IMG/VR virus record: IMGVR_UViG_3300027697_000031
Coordinates: 1-46,686 of that record
DNA from: a virus
Lineage: Duplodnaviria; Caudoviricetes
Direction: 5' to 3' (one strand)
Length of the DNA: 46,686 bases
In this document: positions 1 through 7,949 of the stretch, in pieces
How the letters are laid out: every line of letters begins with the position of its first letter
Position numbering within the stretch: position 1 is the first letter of the stretch
Notes under the pieces: model-generated
What the model saw: only the letters and a program-made list of their open reading frames with translations
Database searches by the model: none
Told to the model about the DNA's origin: nothing
Program-made: the position numbers and the translations under genes

Positions 1-132
1 AGCAGCAGAACGCGCAGCAATGATCTTGGGAAAATCAAGAACCATTTCCACACGGACGGACTTGTTAAGGTCATTTGCCGGGTAAGCGGCTGTGCCTTTG
101 TTAAAACCGAGAGAGTCGGTATATGTTGCCAT
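1..132 (-). CDS. Partial virion protein (N-terminus MATYTDSLGFNKG...), possibly head decoration/cement protein; truncated by window edge
   Basis: ATG at 132 with SD TAGGAG; frame is open to position 1; lies directly downstream of the major capsid gene. Confidence 0.6.
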   Translation of the reverse strand, partial: MATYTDSLGFNKGTAAYPANDLNKSVRVEMVLDFPKIIAARSAA

Positions 133-144
133 GTTAATTCTCCT

Positions 145-178
145 AAAAAAGTTACGAGAGGGGGCCGAAGCCCCCCGT
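145..178 (-). terminator. Intrinsic terminator after major capsid gene
   Basis: GGGGGC-TTCG-GCCCCC hairpin (UUCG tetraloop) followed after a short spacer by T6. Confidence 0.75.
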
Positions 179-181
179 CAA

Positions 182-1087
182 TTACAGAGTAATGATACCT
201 TGTGACAATGCCTCAGGCTTAACCACTTTGTATCCATACACTTGTAGACCACGGATGATGTTACCGAAGGTGGACTCAGAGCGAATGGTTTCCATGTTGG
301 TCATTTGCGAAGCAAAAGTGAAGCCCATCTTGTGACCAGCGATGATGCTGAACTTGCCGCTGGAAACACTGAGGTTGTGGCTCATGTAAACCGTAAAACG
401 GTCGATCATGCCAAGGCGACCATTACGAAGAATGGACACGCTGTCACCAGTCAAAGAAGCATCCTTAAGGTCAGACTTCTTAATCATACCGGCCATCTTG
501 GCAGGGATAACTACGAAGCGGTTACCTTCTGGGCAGTTTGCCTCATCAAGAACAGTACCGATGTCAACAAGGTACTCCAACACGTTGGTCTTGGTAATAG
601 CGATAGGCGAACCAGTCGTACCCAAGTCAATGTTGTTAGAGATGCGACCAGCGGTTGCACCTTTGTTGTCAGCAGAAATGTCCGGCAGAATGTCGGTCAA
701 AACACGTTGGTCAATCTTGATCTTCATACGCTCAGAAGCGTCTTTTGACCAAGTATCCATCAGATTGATGTCCGACTGAACCTTATCCACATCGTCCTCA
801 ACGCAAGCGAAGTACTCGCCTTTGTCGATAACAAGTTGCAGTTTAGGTTTGTCAGGATTCTCAACCGACAAAGTTTGACCTTTTACATAGGTCTTGATGG
901 TGATCTCAGGGGTAGTACGGATGTTAACCGTGTCGCCCATGTTACGAATTTCACCTTCGTAATCAGTGTTGGAAATAGCAGCCAACACAGTTGCGTCGTA
1001 GAAATTCTCGATTAATTTACCTGACCAAATCTCAGGAATGAAGTTACCCGAATAGTTCGGGCGGCCTGTGGAAACGGGAAATCCCAT
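182..1087 (-). CDS. Major capsid protein (P22/T7-like coat, HK97 fold)
   Basis: 301 aa; N-terminal FIPEIWS, DYEGEI..GDTV motif and C-terminal GLQVYGYKVVKPE; follows the scaffold gene; SD GAGGAG. Confidence 0.9.
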   Translation of the reverse strand: MGFPVSTGRPNYSGNFIPEIWSGKLIENFYDATVLAAISNTDYEGEIRNMGDTVNIRTTPEITIKTYVKGQTLSVENPDKPKLQLVIDKGEYFACVEDDVDKVQSDINLMDTWSKDASERMKIKIDQRVLTDILPDISADNKGATAGRISNNIDLGTTGSPIAITKTNVLEYLVDIGTVLDEANCPEGNRFVVIPAKMAGMIKKSDLKDASLTGDSVSILRNGRLGMIDRFTVYMSHNLSVSSGKFSIIAGHKMGFTFASQMTNMETIRSESTFGNIIRGLQVYGYKVVKPEALSQGIITL

Positions 1088-1103
1088 GATAAAACTCCTC
1101 TAA

Positions 1104-2156
1104 TCAAGCGTTAACAGTTATGCGACCGTCTCGCTGTGCAGCGAAAATGTCGCGTTCAATGCGGTCACGCTCTGCTTCACGGCCACGATATTTACCAGAC
1201 CTAACATCATTAAAGAAACCTTTAATGTCATCAGGGCTGTATGTCTTGGCATTGTTGTTCGCAGGTGTTCCGGTGTTCTTTGAACGACCCGGTGCAACCT
1301 GACGCTCCAACTCTGAAGCAGTCGCTGTCCGACGAGTGTTTTGAGCAACATTGGCTTTGCCAGTCAACTCATTCCAAGTTTGGAAGAAACTAGCAACCCG
1401 GCGTACATCAAGGATACGTTGAGCATCCTCAAGGTAAGTCTGACGGCTAATTCCAGTTAGCGGGTCAATCTCCAACAACCATGATTGAAATGCATGGTCA
1501 TCGTTAATTTCGCGCCAATTGGGGGCCGCACTTGACAGGTCAGACCAGAACTGTTGCTCTGCTGTCATTGCTTGTCGGTGCGCCACTGCCTGTACCTGAG
1601 GTACGACACTGGTTTGCAACGAGCGAATGATTTGATCTAATTGAGCAATCTTCTGAGCAACCGGATAGAGTTCCTCGCGAGTCACACGACGCATAACGTC
1701 AATAGACTCACCATACTCTTGGACATCATTCTCAGTTACCAAAGGTTGAACTTGAGTTTGCTGTGCCGGTTGAGAGGATTGCTGCGAAAGAGACGCAAGC
1801 AATTGTTCCATCTGTTGTACGCGACCATTTAGTTCACGATTCTGCGAGTGCAGACGCGGAACTTCGGCGTTGTACATACCTTGTAAAGTACGCCATTTCT
1901 GAGCATAAGTCTCAGAATTGGGGTCATCTTCTTGGCCTGTACCACTGGGGGTTTGCTCATTCCCCTGCGGTTGAGCAGCGTTATTCGGTACAGCGCTCTC
2001 GTCGGCTGGTGCGGGTTGTGCGGTGTTCTCAGAAGGCGAAGTGTTGCCATCGGCAGGAGGGGTCGCCTCATTGCCATTGTTTTCATCGCCATTGAGTTGC
2101 TTGTACAACTCCTGTACGGCCTCGGTCTGTTTACGAATTTGCTCTGGTAGTGCCAT
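1104..2156 (-). CDS. Capsid scaffolding protein
   Basis: 350 aa with acidic low-complexity N-terminus and coiled coil; sits between portal and capsid genes. Confidence 0.75.
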   Translation of the reverse strand: MALPEQIRKQTEAVQELYKQLNGDENNGNEATPPADGNTSPSENTAQPAPADESAVPNNAAQPQGNEQTPSGTGQEDDPNSETYAQKWRTLQGMYNAEVPRLHSQNRELNGRVQQMEQLLASLSQQSSQPAQQTQVQPLVTENDVQEYGESIDVMRRVTREELYPVAQKIAQLDQIIRSLQTSVVPQVQAVAHRQAMTAEQQFWSDLSSAAPNWREINDDHAFQSWLLEIDPLTGISRQTYLEDAQRILDVRRVASFFQTWNELTGKANVAQNTRRTATASELERQVAPGRSKNTGTPANNNAKTYSPDDIKGFFNDVRSGKYRGREAERDRIERDIFAAQRDGRITVNA

Positions 2157-2206
2157 GATAAAACGCTCCTATCGGTGTGCGTGGATTAGACGGCGAGTCA
2201 TATCAG

Positions 2207-2422
2207 TTAGGACTTTGCCGCTAGTTCAGGGGCTTCTTTGGCAAACTTGTATAGTTCACCCAAAACCTGACACCGCCCTTGTAAGAGTGCCGGGTTGTTA
2301 ATAGCGCTAGGCAGTTGCTCTAACTCGTGATAGCGCCATGTTCTAAGCCAGTCCAGAATTTCTGGATACTGGCGCATGGCAATGCCAAGAGCCTTTACGA
2401 CTTTAGGATCGGGCTTAATCAT
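2207..2422 (-). CDS. Small conserved head-module protein
   Basis: 71 aa with LLQGRCQVL motif; ATGA overlap with the portal stop. Confidence 0.65.
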   Translation of the reverse strand: MIKPDPKVVKALGIAMRQYPEILDWLRTWRYHELEQLPSAINNPALLQGRCQVLGELYKFAKEAPELAAKS

Positions 2423-4455
2423 GCAGCCCTCCCCCCAGCACCGGACACTAGATTACCTTCTTGTCCACCTTTGGGAGAACCGTCTGGTTGAGTCGGTGTA
2501 GGCGCAGGTTGTTGCTGCGACTGTGCCGCTCTCATTGCCAGAGCATTTTTCTCTTTAGATGGGATAAGTTCATCCAGTGGCATTTGCAAACCTTTAGCCA
2601 CTTCGCGAAGAATCGCGGCGCGGCCATCCTTACCAAGGATCTCCATATCGATCTGATTGGCGGTTGCATTAAGAAATTCAATACGGCGGACGTTGACGGT
2701 TTCTTTGACCGCAAGGTTAACTGCACCTTTGGCGATAACCTCAACGTCGCCTTTAATAGACTCATCCTCGTCATAGCGCATGTTGTAAACGAACTGGCGT
2801 TGGACAATGGGTTTAATCACATCATTGTCGATGTGCATGACTACTTGTCGGATTCCCTTGCCAGCCGCTCCCATGAGCATTGACAAACCAGAGGATGTAC
2901 GCCCAGCACCCTGAACATTCAAGTCTCCATACAGATATGCAGGAACACCTGAGTGGTCATCAGCCAAGCGTGAAAACTTCTCGTACACACCCATGAGGGT
3001 CTGTGCGTTATCTTCGGGCTGCGTAAAGCGTACGGCTGGTGCGCTCGATCCTACTGGATCGTTCATCACCTGCCAAATCTTCCAAGGATACATCTGTGTG
3101 ATGTCCTCGTTGGGAGGAATACGCTCTAAGTTTACTTCGACTTGCGGGCCACTAGAGATGCCCATATTGTTGACAAGCGCTCGCGCAGCCGCGTTACATA
3201 CGTTTTGAAGGTCTTCAATGATTTCAGGGATTCCTTTACCCCAGAAAGCACCCGGACACTTAATGAATGAAGTTTTTGCATAAGGCTTTTCTCCTAACGG
3301 ATCATAGTTAAGTACAGCCTTGATAACATAATTGCCAACCATCCAGACGTTTGCATCGTATTCTTGGGCTGGATCAGGGACTTCATCCTCTGACATACCC
3401 CAGTCGAGCAGCATCTGTCCGCTAACTTTGCCCCAGAACTCTAGTGCATCAAACACTTCTGTTGGGCGCATGTATGAGTAGAACTTCCGTTCTTCCTCAT
3501 TCTTAATCAGTTCAACATCTTCACTGATCCATGATTGACCATTACCAATCTCAAGGACTTTACGAATAGCATCTTCGTCATACCCCGGCACACCGATCAG
3601 GTCAGACAAATCCATTCGGGTCAGTGGGTGATGTTCAAAGATGTAACCTTCGTTAATGTTTGTAATCCCCGGCTCAGGATAAATACGGAACGGATCGACG
3701 CGCTCGTACTCCGGCGCAATGCGCTCAGAGGACTTAACCACGGTACGACCGGATTCGTCTTGTTCCCAACCAAGGTATCTCTGACGACGGACAATCGGCC
3801 CTTTAACAAAGGCACATGGGAAAGTCACGAGGTCAGTGATGAAATCGTTAAACGCATTTGCCCAGCCACCTTGTGTAAACTGATCGCTAATCCGCAACTT
3901 CATACGGTCTACACGATTCTGGGCTTCTTGCAAAATCTTGAAGCGATAATCTTGGGAAATAATCTCTTTGAGTTCTCCCATTACTTCTTGCGATGGTGCT
4001 TCTCCACTACGCTGAATCATCTCCAACACTTTGTTGGCAAAGATGTCTTGAATCTCTTTAGTTGCCTTAGGGCTAAGATCAGGGATAGGAGTAGCGCTCA
4101 AATCCCAAGGGGGTGTCCCTGTGTCAAGTAGAATGTCTCTGAGCCAAGACTCCGCTGCGCGGCACTTGACTTCAGTAATCATCATAAAAATTTCTGAGCC
4201 GCCTTGTTTACGAATACCTGCCATCTTATCGGCTTCGTATTCGCCATTACGCTGACGCATAGCCATCAACATCTTATTCTCAATAGGCTTCTTGGCTTGC
4301 TGGGCTACATCCCAACAGGCACGCAGATACTCCGCCATACCAAGGATAAAGGGTTGGGCTTGACGATCCTCTAAGGCACGATCAGCCAACATCTTCTCCT
4401 GACGATTTAACTCGTCATTGGACACTACACGAAGAAGGGTTAGTCCACCGGCCAT
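2419..4455 (-). CDS. Portal (head-tail connector) protein
   Basis: 678 aa; VDPFRIYP, FWGKGIPEIIEDLQ..N and RTSSGLSMLM motifs typical of podovirus portals; position between terL and scaffold. Confidence 0.88.
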   Translation of the reverse strand: MAGGLTLLRVVSNDELNRQEKMLADRALEDRQAQPFILGMAEYLRACWDVAQQAKKPIENKMLMAMRQRNGEYEADKMAGIRKQGGSEIFMMITEVKCRAAESWLRDILLDTGTPPWDLSATPIPDLSPKATKEIQDIFANKVLEMIQRSGEAPSQEVMGELKEIISQDYRFKILQEAQNRVDRMKLRISDQFTQGGWANAFNDFITDLVTFPCAFVKGPIVRRQRYLGWEQDESGRTVVKSSERIAPEYERVDPFRIYPEPGITNINEGYIFEHHPLTRMDLSDLIGVPGYDEDAIRKVLEIGNGQSWISEDVELIKNEEERKFYSYMRPTEVFDALEFWGKVSGQMLLDWGMSEDEVPDPAQEYDANVWMVGNYVIKAVLNYDPLGEKPYAKTSFIKCPGAFWGKGIPEIIEDLQNVCNAAARALVNNMGISSGPQVEVNLERIPPNEDITQMYPWKIWQVMNDPVGSSAPAVRFTQPEDNAQTLMGVYEKFSRLADDHSGVPAYLYGDLNVQGAGRTSSGLSMLMGAAGKGIRQVVMHIDNDVIKPIVQRQFVYNMRYDEDESIKGDVEVIAKGAVNLAVKETVNVRRIEFLNATANQIDMEILGKDGRAAILREVAKGLQMPLDELIPSKEKNALAMRAAQSQQQPAPTPTQPDGSPKGGQEGNLVSGAGGRAA

Positions 4456-4637
4456 TAGTCAGCCTCTGGGCGTTTGTTGCCCTTCATCTCATGCACTTCC
4501 ATGATCTGTTTGATATTCATAGCGGGCATCTTAAACTCCATCTCGTAGAGTTCCATTGGTGCTGGTTTGCCAGCCAAGCCAGAAGTATCCATCTTGGGGT
4601 TGTCTGACAGAATCGTGAACTGTTTGCCTGACTTCAT
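4455..4637 (-). CDS. Hypothetical protein, 60 aa
   Basis: SD GGAGG; TAATG coupling to the portal start. Confidence 0.6.
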   Translation of the reverse strand: MKSGKQFTILSDNPKMDTSGLAGKPAPMELYEMEFKMPAMNIKQIMEVHEMKGNKRPEAD

Positions 4638-4678
4638 AGCGTTCCTCCGGTTGCCGCACTACTACATATTGTAGTGTG

Positions 4679-4707
4679 GTTATAGCAGCAAGTATACATG
4701 CTGTCAA
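4679..4707 (-). promoter_or_regulatory. Sigma70-type promoter for the portal-scaffold-capsid operon
   Basis: TTGACA (4707-4702), N17, TATAAC (4684-4679), with TG extension. Confidence 0.8.
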
Positions 4708-4708
4708 A

Positions 4709-4741
4709 GAAAAAAGAACCCCCTACGTTTCCGCAGGGGGC
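4709..4741 (-). terminator. Intrinsic terminator for terL and/or the putative sRNA
   Basis: GCCCCCTGCG-GAAA-CGTAGGGGGT then TCTTTTTT; two G-U wobbles form only on the minus strand. Confidence 0.85.
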
Positions 4742-4779
4742 AAGAGGCGTGAAGGAGAACGCCAAGGAGGTGAAACTGC
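4709..4779 (-). ncRNA. Putative ~70-nt small RNA carrying two anti-Shine-Dalgarno motifs
   Basis: Extended -10 TGTGaTATAGT (4795-4785); UCACCUCCUU; hairpin GGCGU-UCUCCUUC-ACGCC; terminator. Confidence 0.55.
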
Positions 4780-4799
4780 ATCCTACTATATCACACATT

Positions 4800-6188
4800 C
4801 TAAGTCCAGCCGACTGCCGAAATGGGCTTGATTTCCCGGCGTTCGTGTAAATGACCCCCCTCGCCAATACTAGCGATATGGAGCATGAGGTATTGTAGCG
4901 CCTCAGCCACATGGGAGTGTTTATTTTTCTCAATGTCGCCGTCGCCTTTGGGTTTATACCTATATCCACCCATCATGGCAGCCTTGAGTTGAGTGCAACT
5001 GGGGTCTACTAGGAAGGCCGGATCACCGTCTACTTGACGCATCAAGTAGTCATCGACCGAGTTAATCCGTGCCGAGATGCTGTTAGTCCTAGCGGGCATG
5101 ACCCTTAGCCCCTCCGCCTTAATGATGTCAACCGCCGATCTCTCATCTGTCTGCGCCCGCTGGATACCCGCAGGGTCAGTAACCACCAGTATAGGTGCGC
5201 CTCCAAACCGCTCGTATAGCAATGGCTTAAGCATTGTCCTGACAAAACGCTGTACTCCCATATCAAACGATACACACTCGCCAAGTATCAGCGCCCGACC
5301 ACGGGGGTCTTGTTGTCCGATAACAGCCGCTGGGGTAAGCCCCAAGTCCATCCCGATAACAATGGGTCGAACCCCATTGTTGATATAGCGAAGTCTCTCG
5401 CGAGCCATATGGTAGTCCGGCCTGAAATACTTATACACCGGCATACCAGCCGAGGACAGCCCGTACTCTCCATCGATGTAAACCCTAATATATTCTTCGC
5501 TTCGACCTTGGGTGTCGTAGTAACCTTCGGGGAGGTTCTCGATGTTCTCGGCGTACGCCGAGCGCCCGCTTGGCTGTTTGAATACCGCCCAACCATTATC
5601 GTTCGGAGATACGCCATCTTTAGGATCCAGCCCTTCCATCTGGTAATACCACCAAGTGTCCATTGTAGGTGGGTTAGTATCCCCCCACATCCCATGCCAT
5701 GTCGGCCCCCCGTCCTTTGCCGACGGGAAACGCCCAATACGCTTAGACATCGCATCCATAATGTCAGGGTGAATGTCCCGACACTCGTTAAACCACGCAA
5801 ATGTCAACTCCAACGAGTTCAAGTTAGCCACATCGTCAGCGTCATCTAGCGCTCGGAACATAATCTCGCACTCAACCTCGCCTACTTTGAAGAAATAGGT
5901 CTTGGTTGTACGCATATACTCCCCACAGACCCCCGGCGGGAACCAATCAAGGAAGGTTTTGATCGTAGTATCCTGCAACTGCCGTGCGGTTTCCCGCACA
6001 ATAGCCGCCCGCGTCTTGCGGATGCCCTGTGCATTGGGGGTTTGTAGGGATGCCCGCCTTACAATCTCGAACGAACAGGTCACGGACTTGCCAGAACCTA
6101 CCGGCCCCATCAAAACGCGCATTTTTGCGTCCGACTCCATGAACTTCGCCCCAGTTGGCGGGGGTGTGTAGTTAATATCGAGCGCCAT
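4800..6188 (-). CDS. terL: Terminase large subunit
   Basis: Walker A GPVGSGKS, Walker B variant WFNE, DTNPP motif, RNase H-like IGMDLG, DPAG and SHVAEALQY. Confidence 0.92.
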   Translation of the reverse strand: MALDINYTPPPTGAKFMESDAKMRVLMGPVGSGKSVTCSFEIVRRASLQTPNAQGIRKTRAAIVRETARQLQDTTIKTFLDWFPPGVCGEYMRTTKTYFFKVGEVECEIMFRALDDADDVANLNSLELTFAWFNECRDIHPDIMDAMSKRIGRFPSAKDGGPTWHGMWGDTNPPTMDTWWYYQMEGLDPKDGVSPNDNGWAVFKQPSGRSAYAENIENLPEGYYDTQGRSEEYIRVYIDGEYGLSSAGMPVYKYFRPDYHMARERLRYINNGVRPIVIGMDLGLTPAAVIGQQDPRGRALILGECVSFDMGVQRFVRTMLKPLLYERFGGAPILVVTDPAGIQRAQTDERSAVDIIKAEGLRVMPARTNSISARINSVDDYLMRQVDGDPAFLVDPSCTQLKAAMMGGYRYKPKGDGDIEKNKHSHVAEALQYLMLHIASIGEGGHLHERREIKPISAVGWT

Positions 6189-6388
6189 TAGTGGGTTTCC
6201 CCTACCACCATGACCACAAACTCACGGCCACGCTTCTTATGCTTGCTGATTTTGGTCTTAAACGAGGCTCCCGCCTCCTTTAACGCCAGTGTAAAGTTGT
6301 TGTACTCACTTGAAGTGGTAAAAATTGCTGCCTTGAACCCGTCGTAGGTGGAATTAAGCCTGTTCGCTATGCTCAATGGTAGTGACAT
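6188..6388 (-). CDS. Hypothetical protein (likely start MSLPLS...)
   Basis: SD AAGAGG before ATG at 6388; TAATG coupling to terL. Confidence 0.55.
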   Translation of the reverse strand: MSLPLSIANRLNSTYDGFKAAIFTTSSEYNNFTLALKEAGASFKTKISKHKKRGREFVVMVVGETH

Positions 6389-6836
6389 CCGTCGCCTCTT
6401 GTTCAATTACCTGTGCTTCATGGGTCTGACCACCCAAATTGATCGTGATTTTCACGCCTCCCCCTGCACCATCAGATACTTCTGTGTTCTTTGGCTCTAG
6501 TCCAGCCCACTTAACTGTCGATTTTATGAGGTCGGCCTTCACCGCAGGGCTAACTGCGGGGTCATGTATCAATAAGTAGGAGGTTGTTAGGAGTTCTTCG
6601 GCTTGGGCGCGGGCTTTGAGTTTGAATGTCAGCCCCTTTTCCTGCACTTCAGTCTGGTAATGCTCCACCTTTTTGAGAAAGATAGGGTCTTTGTTGTAGG
6701 CAAGCAGGTCTACCGCCGCAATCTTGTGCCGCGTAATTACTTCTTGCAGAGATTCTCCGCTACCTTCGAGCATCAACGCCACATCGAAGGCCAGTCTGTC
6801 TGACCACTTCGTGTGATAAAGGGGTAGGTTATCCAT
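6354..6836 (-). CDS. Probable terminase small subunit
   Basis: 160 aa from ATG 6836; helical body with a C-terminal beta-strand (VKITINLG); upstream of terL. Confidence 0.55.
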   Translation of the reverse strand: MDNLPLYHTKWSDRLAFDVALMLEGSGESLQEVITRHKIAAVDLLAYNKDPIFLKKVEHYQTEVQEKGLTFKLKARAQAEELLTTSYLLIHDPAVSPAVKADLIKSTVKWAGLEPKNTEVSDGAGGGVKITINLGGQTHEAQVIEQEATDVTTIEHSEQA

Positions 6837-6842
6837 AGTCGG

Positions 6843-6873
6843 AATATAACACAGCAACTTACTTAGGTGTCAA
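6843..6873 (-). promoter_or_regulatory. Late promoter upstream of the terS-like gene, probably giving a leaderless transcript
   Basis: TTGACA (6873-6868), N19, TATATT (6848-6843), with TG extension; ATG lies 6 nt after the -10. Confidence 0.6.
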
Positions 6874-7062
6874 TAGGGGGACTCTAGATAGTTTGGAAGT
6901 TCCGTAACTTTACACTTGGGTTTTTTGGGTCTTGGTTTAAGAGGTTGCCTACAATAAGGGGGGCGTGTCCAAAGCGCAGTCCATGTCCCCCCCCCTCTCG
7001 CTCACTCACTCGCTCGCGCACCGCGCACCGCGCCCGCCCGCAAACCCTTGATGTGGCTTGAT

Positions 7063-7092
7063 ACTTGACAATTCTGTCAAGTCTGTTAGTCT
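7063..7092 (+). promoter_or_regulatory. Early promoter P1 overlapped by an operator-like inverted repeat
   Basis: TTGACA (7065-7070), N16, TAGTCT; ACTTGACA-attc-TGTCAAGT inverted repeat. Confidence 0.6.
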
Positions 7093-7118
7093 GAAATTGT
7101 CGATGCAAATGCAGCGAC

Positions 7119-7148
7119 TCAGATGAAAATCTGATTGTTCATTAACAA
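7119..7148 (+). promoter_or_regulatory. boxB-like hairpin plus boxA-like antitermination signal
   Basis: TCAGAT-GAAA-ATCTGA followed by TGTTCATTAACAA (E. coli rrn boxA is TGCTCTTTAACAA). Confidence 0.5.
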
Positions 7149-7162
7149 CTTAGGAGAACCAA

Positions 7163-7471
7163 ATGATTAAATCTAATTTAATCGCACGTCCGACCCACGT
7201 ACGGGTTATCGTAGCCCCCAAAGCGGGATACCTCAAACTTGAGGGATGCAACGCCGATGCTTCAGGTACGGTGTTCCCAGTCGATCAGTCCAAGGAAGTT
7301 TACGCTTTCATGGTCAAGAAAGGCAAGGAACTCAAGAAAGAAGTCAAGGTTTGGATCCAGTCCGCTGGTGCAAAAACACCAGAGATCAAGTTTAACAAAT
7401 ACGACGGCCATCCTTACATGGCTCTAGTAGGCGACGATAAACCGAGCAAGACTGCGAAAGTAGTCCTGTAA
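7163..7471 (+). CDS. Early hypothetical protein, paralog A
   Basis: 102 aa; SD TAGGAG; clearly paralogous to 8462..8782. Confidence 0.8.
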   Translation: MIKSNLIARPTHVRVIVAPKAGYLKLEGCNADASGTVFPVDQSKEVYAFMVKKGKELKKEVKVWIQSAGAKTPEIKFNKYDGHPYMALVGDDKPSKTAKVVL

Positions 7472-7537
7472 GGTAGTAGTAAAGACCCCGGCCGGGAAAC
7501 CGGTCGGGTTCCCCTAACCGATCCTCTGGAGAAAACG

Positions 7538-7693
7538 ATGAAAGAGATCAAACGCAAGACCTTCGTGGTCAAGTACAAGTACGGTTCACAATGGTACGAG
7601 TTCCATACCACAACCAAAAACAAGGCCTTTGACTTTGTATTACGAAAGCAAAGTGACCCTCGGATGGGCGTGGCAGTAATCAAGACCAAGTAA
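7538..7693 (+). CDS. Small early protein, 51 aa (MKEIKRKTFVVKYKYG...)
   Basis: Read manually; SD GGAG; preceded by a GAAA hairpin. Confidence 0.65.
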   Translation: MKEIKRKTFVVKYKYGSQWYEFHTTTKNKAFDFVLRKQSDPRMGVAVIKTK

Positions 7694-7743
7694 ACCAAGG
7701 GAGACCGGGCGAAAGCCCGGCTCCCGTAACCGGAGAAAAGACC

Positions 7744-7830
7744 ATGAATGAAAACTTCAAGATATTCCTGATAGCCCTAGCAGTCTGGCCTGTGCTGTAC
7801 CTACTGATGGTGCTAGTTCTATCCCTGTAA
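7744..7830 (+). CDS. 28-aa membrane peptide (MNENFKIFLIALAVWPVLYLLMVLVLSL)
   Basis: Read manually; SD GGAG; one hydrophobic helix. Confidence 0.55.
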   Translation: MNENFKIFLIALAVWPVLYLLMVLVLSL

Positions 7831-7835
7831 CCAAC

Positions 7836-7859
7836 GCCCGGCGAAAGCCGGGTTTTTTT
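7836..7859 (+). terminator. Intrinsic terminator ending the first early transcription unit
   Basis: GCCCGGC-GAAA-GCCGGG followed by T7. Confidence 0.9.
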
Positions 7860-7949
7860 CTGCCTTGTTTTTTATAAATAAAAACCCATACGTCGGGGGC
7901 TTATAGGTCATCTGACCTTACATCATGCCTCATAATGGGGTGTGAATGG

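Noticed and set aside
4634-4969. 111-aa minus-strand ORF spanning the terL end and the intergenic region
   Set aside because: It runs through a terminator and a consensus promoter. Only the last 60 aa from ATG 4637 onward in the next frame have an SD-supported start.
6996-7020. GCTC/ACTC repeats resembling the AAV ITR Rep-binding element
   Set aside because: Short low-complexity similarity only, with no ITR hairpin or HUH Rep gene.
7484-7859. Repeated hairpins as a mini-CRISPR array or integron attC array
   Set aside because: The repeats are not identical, the spacers are unequal and code for ORFs, and there are no GTTRRRY/RYYYAAC core sites or integrase.
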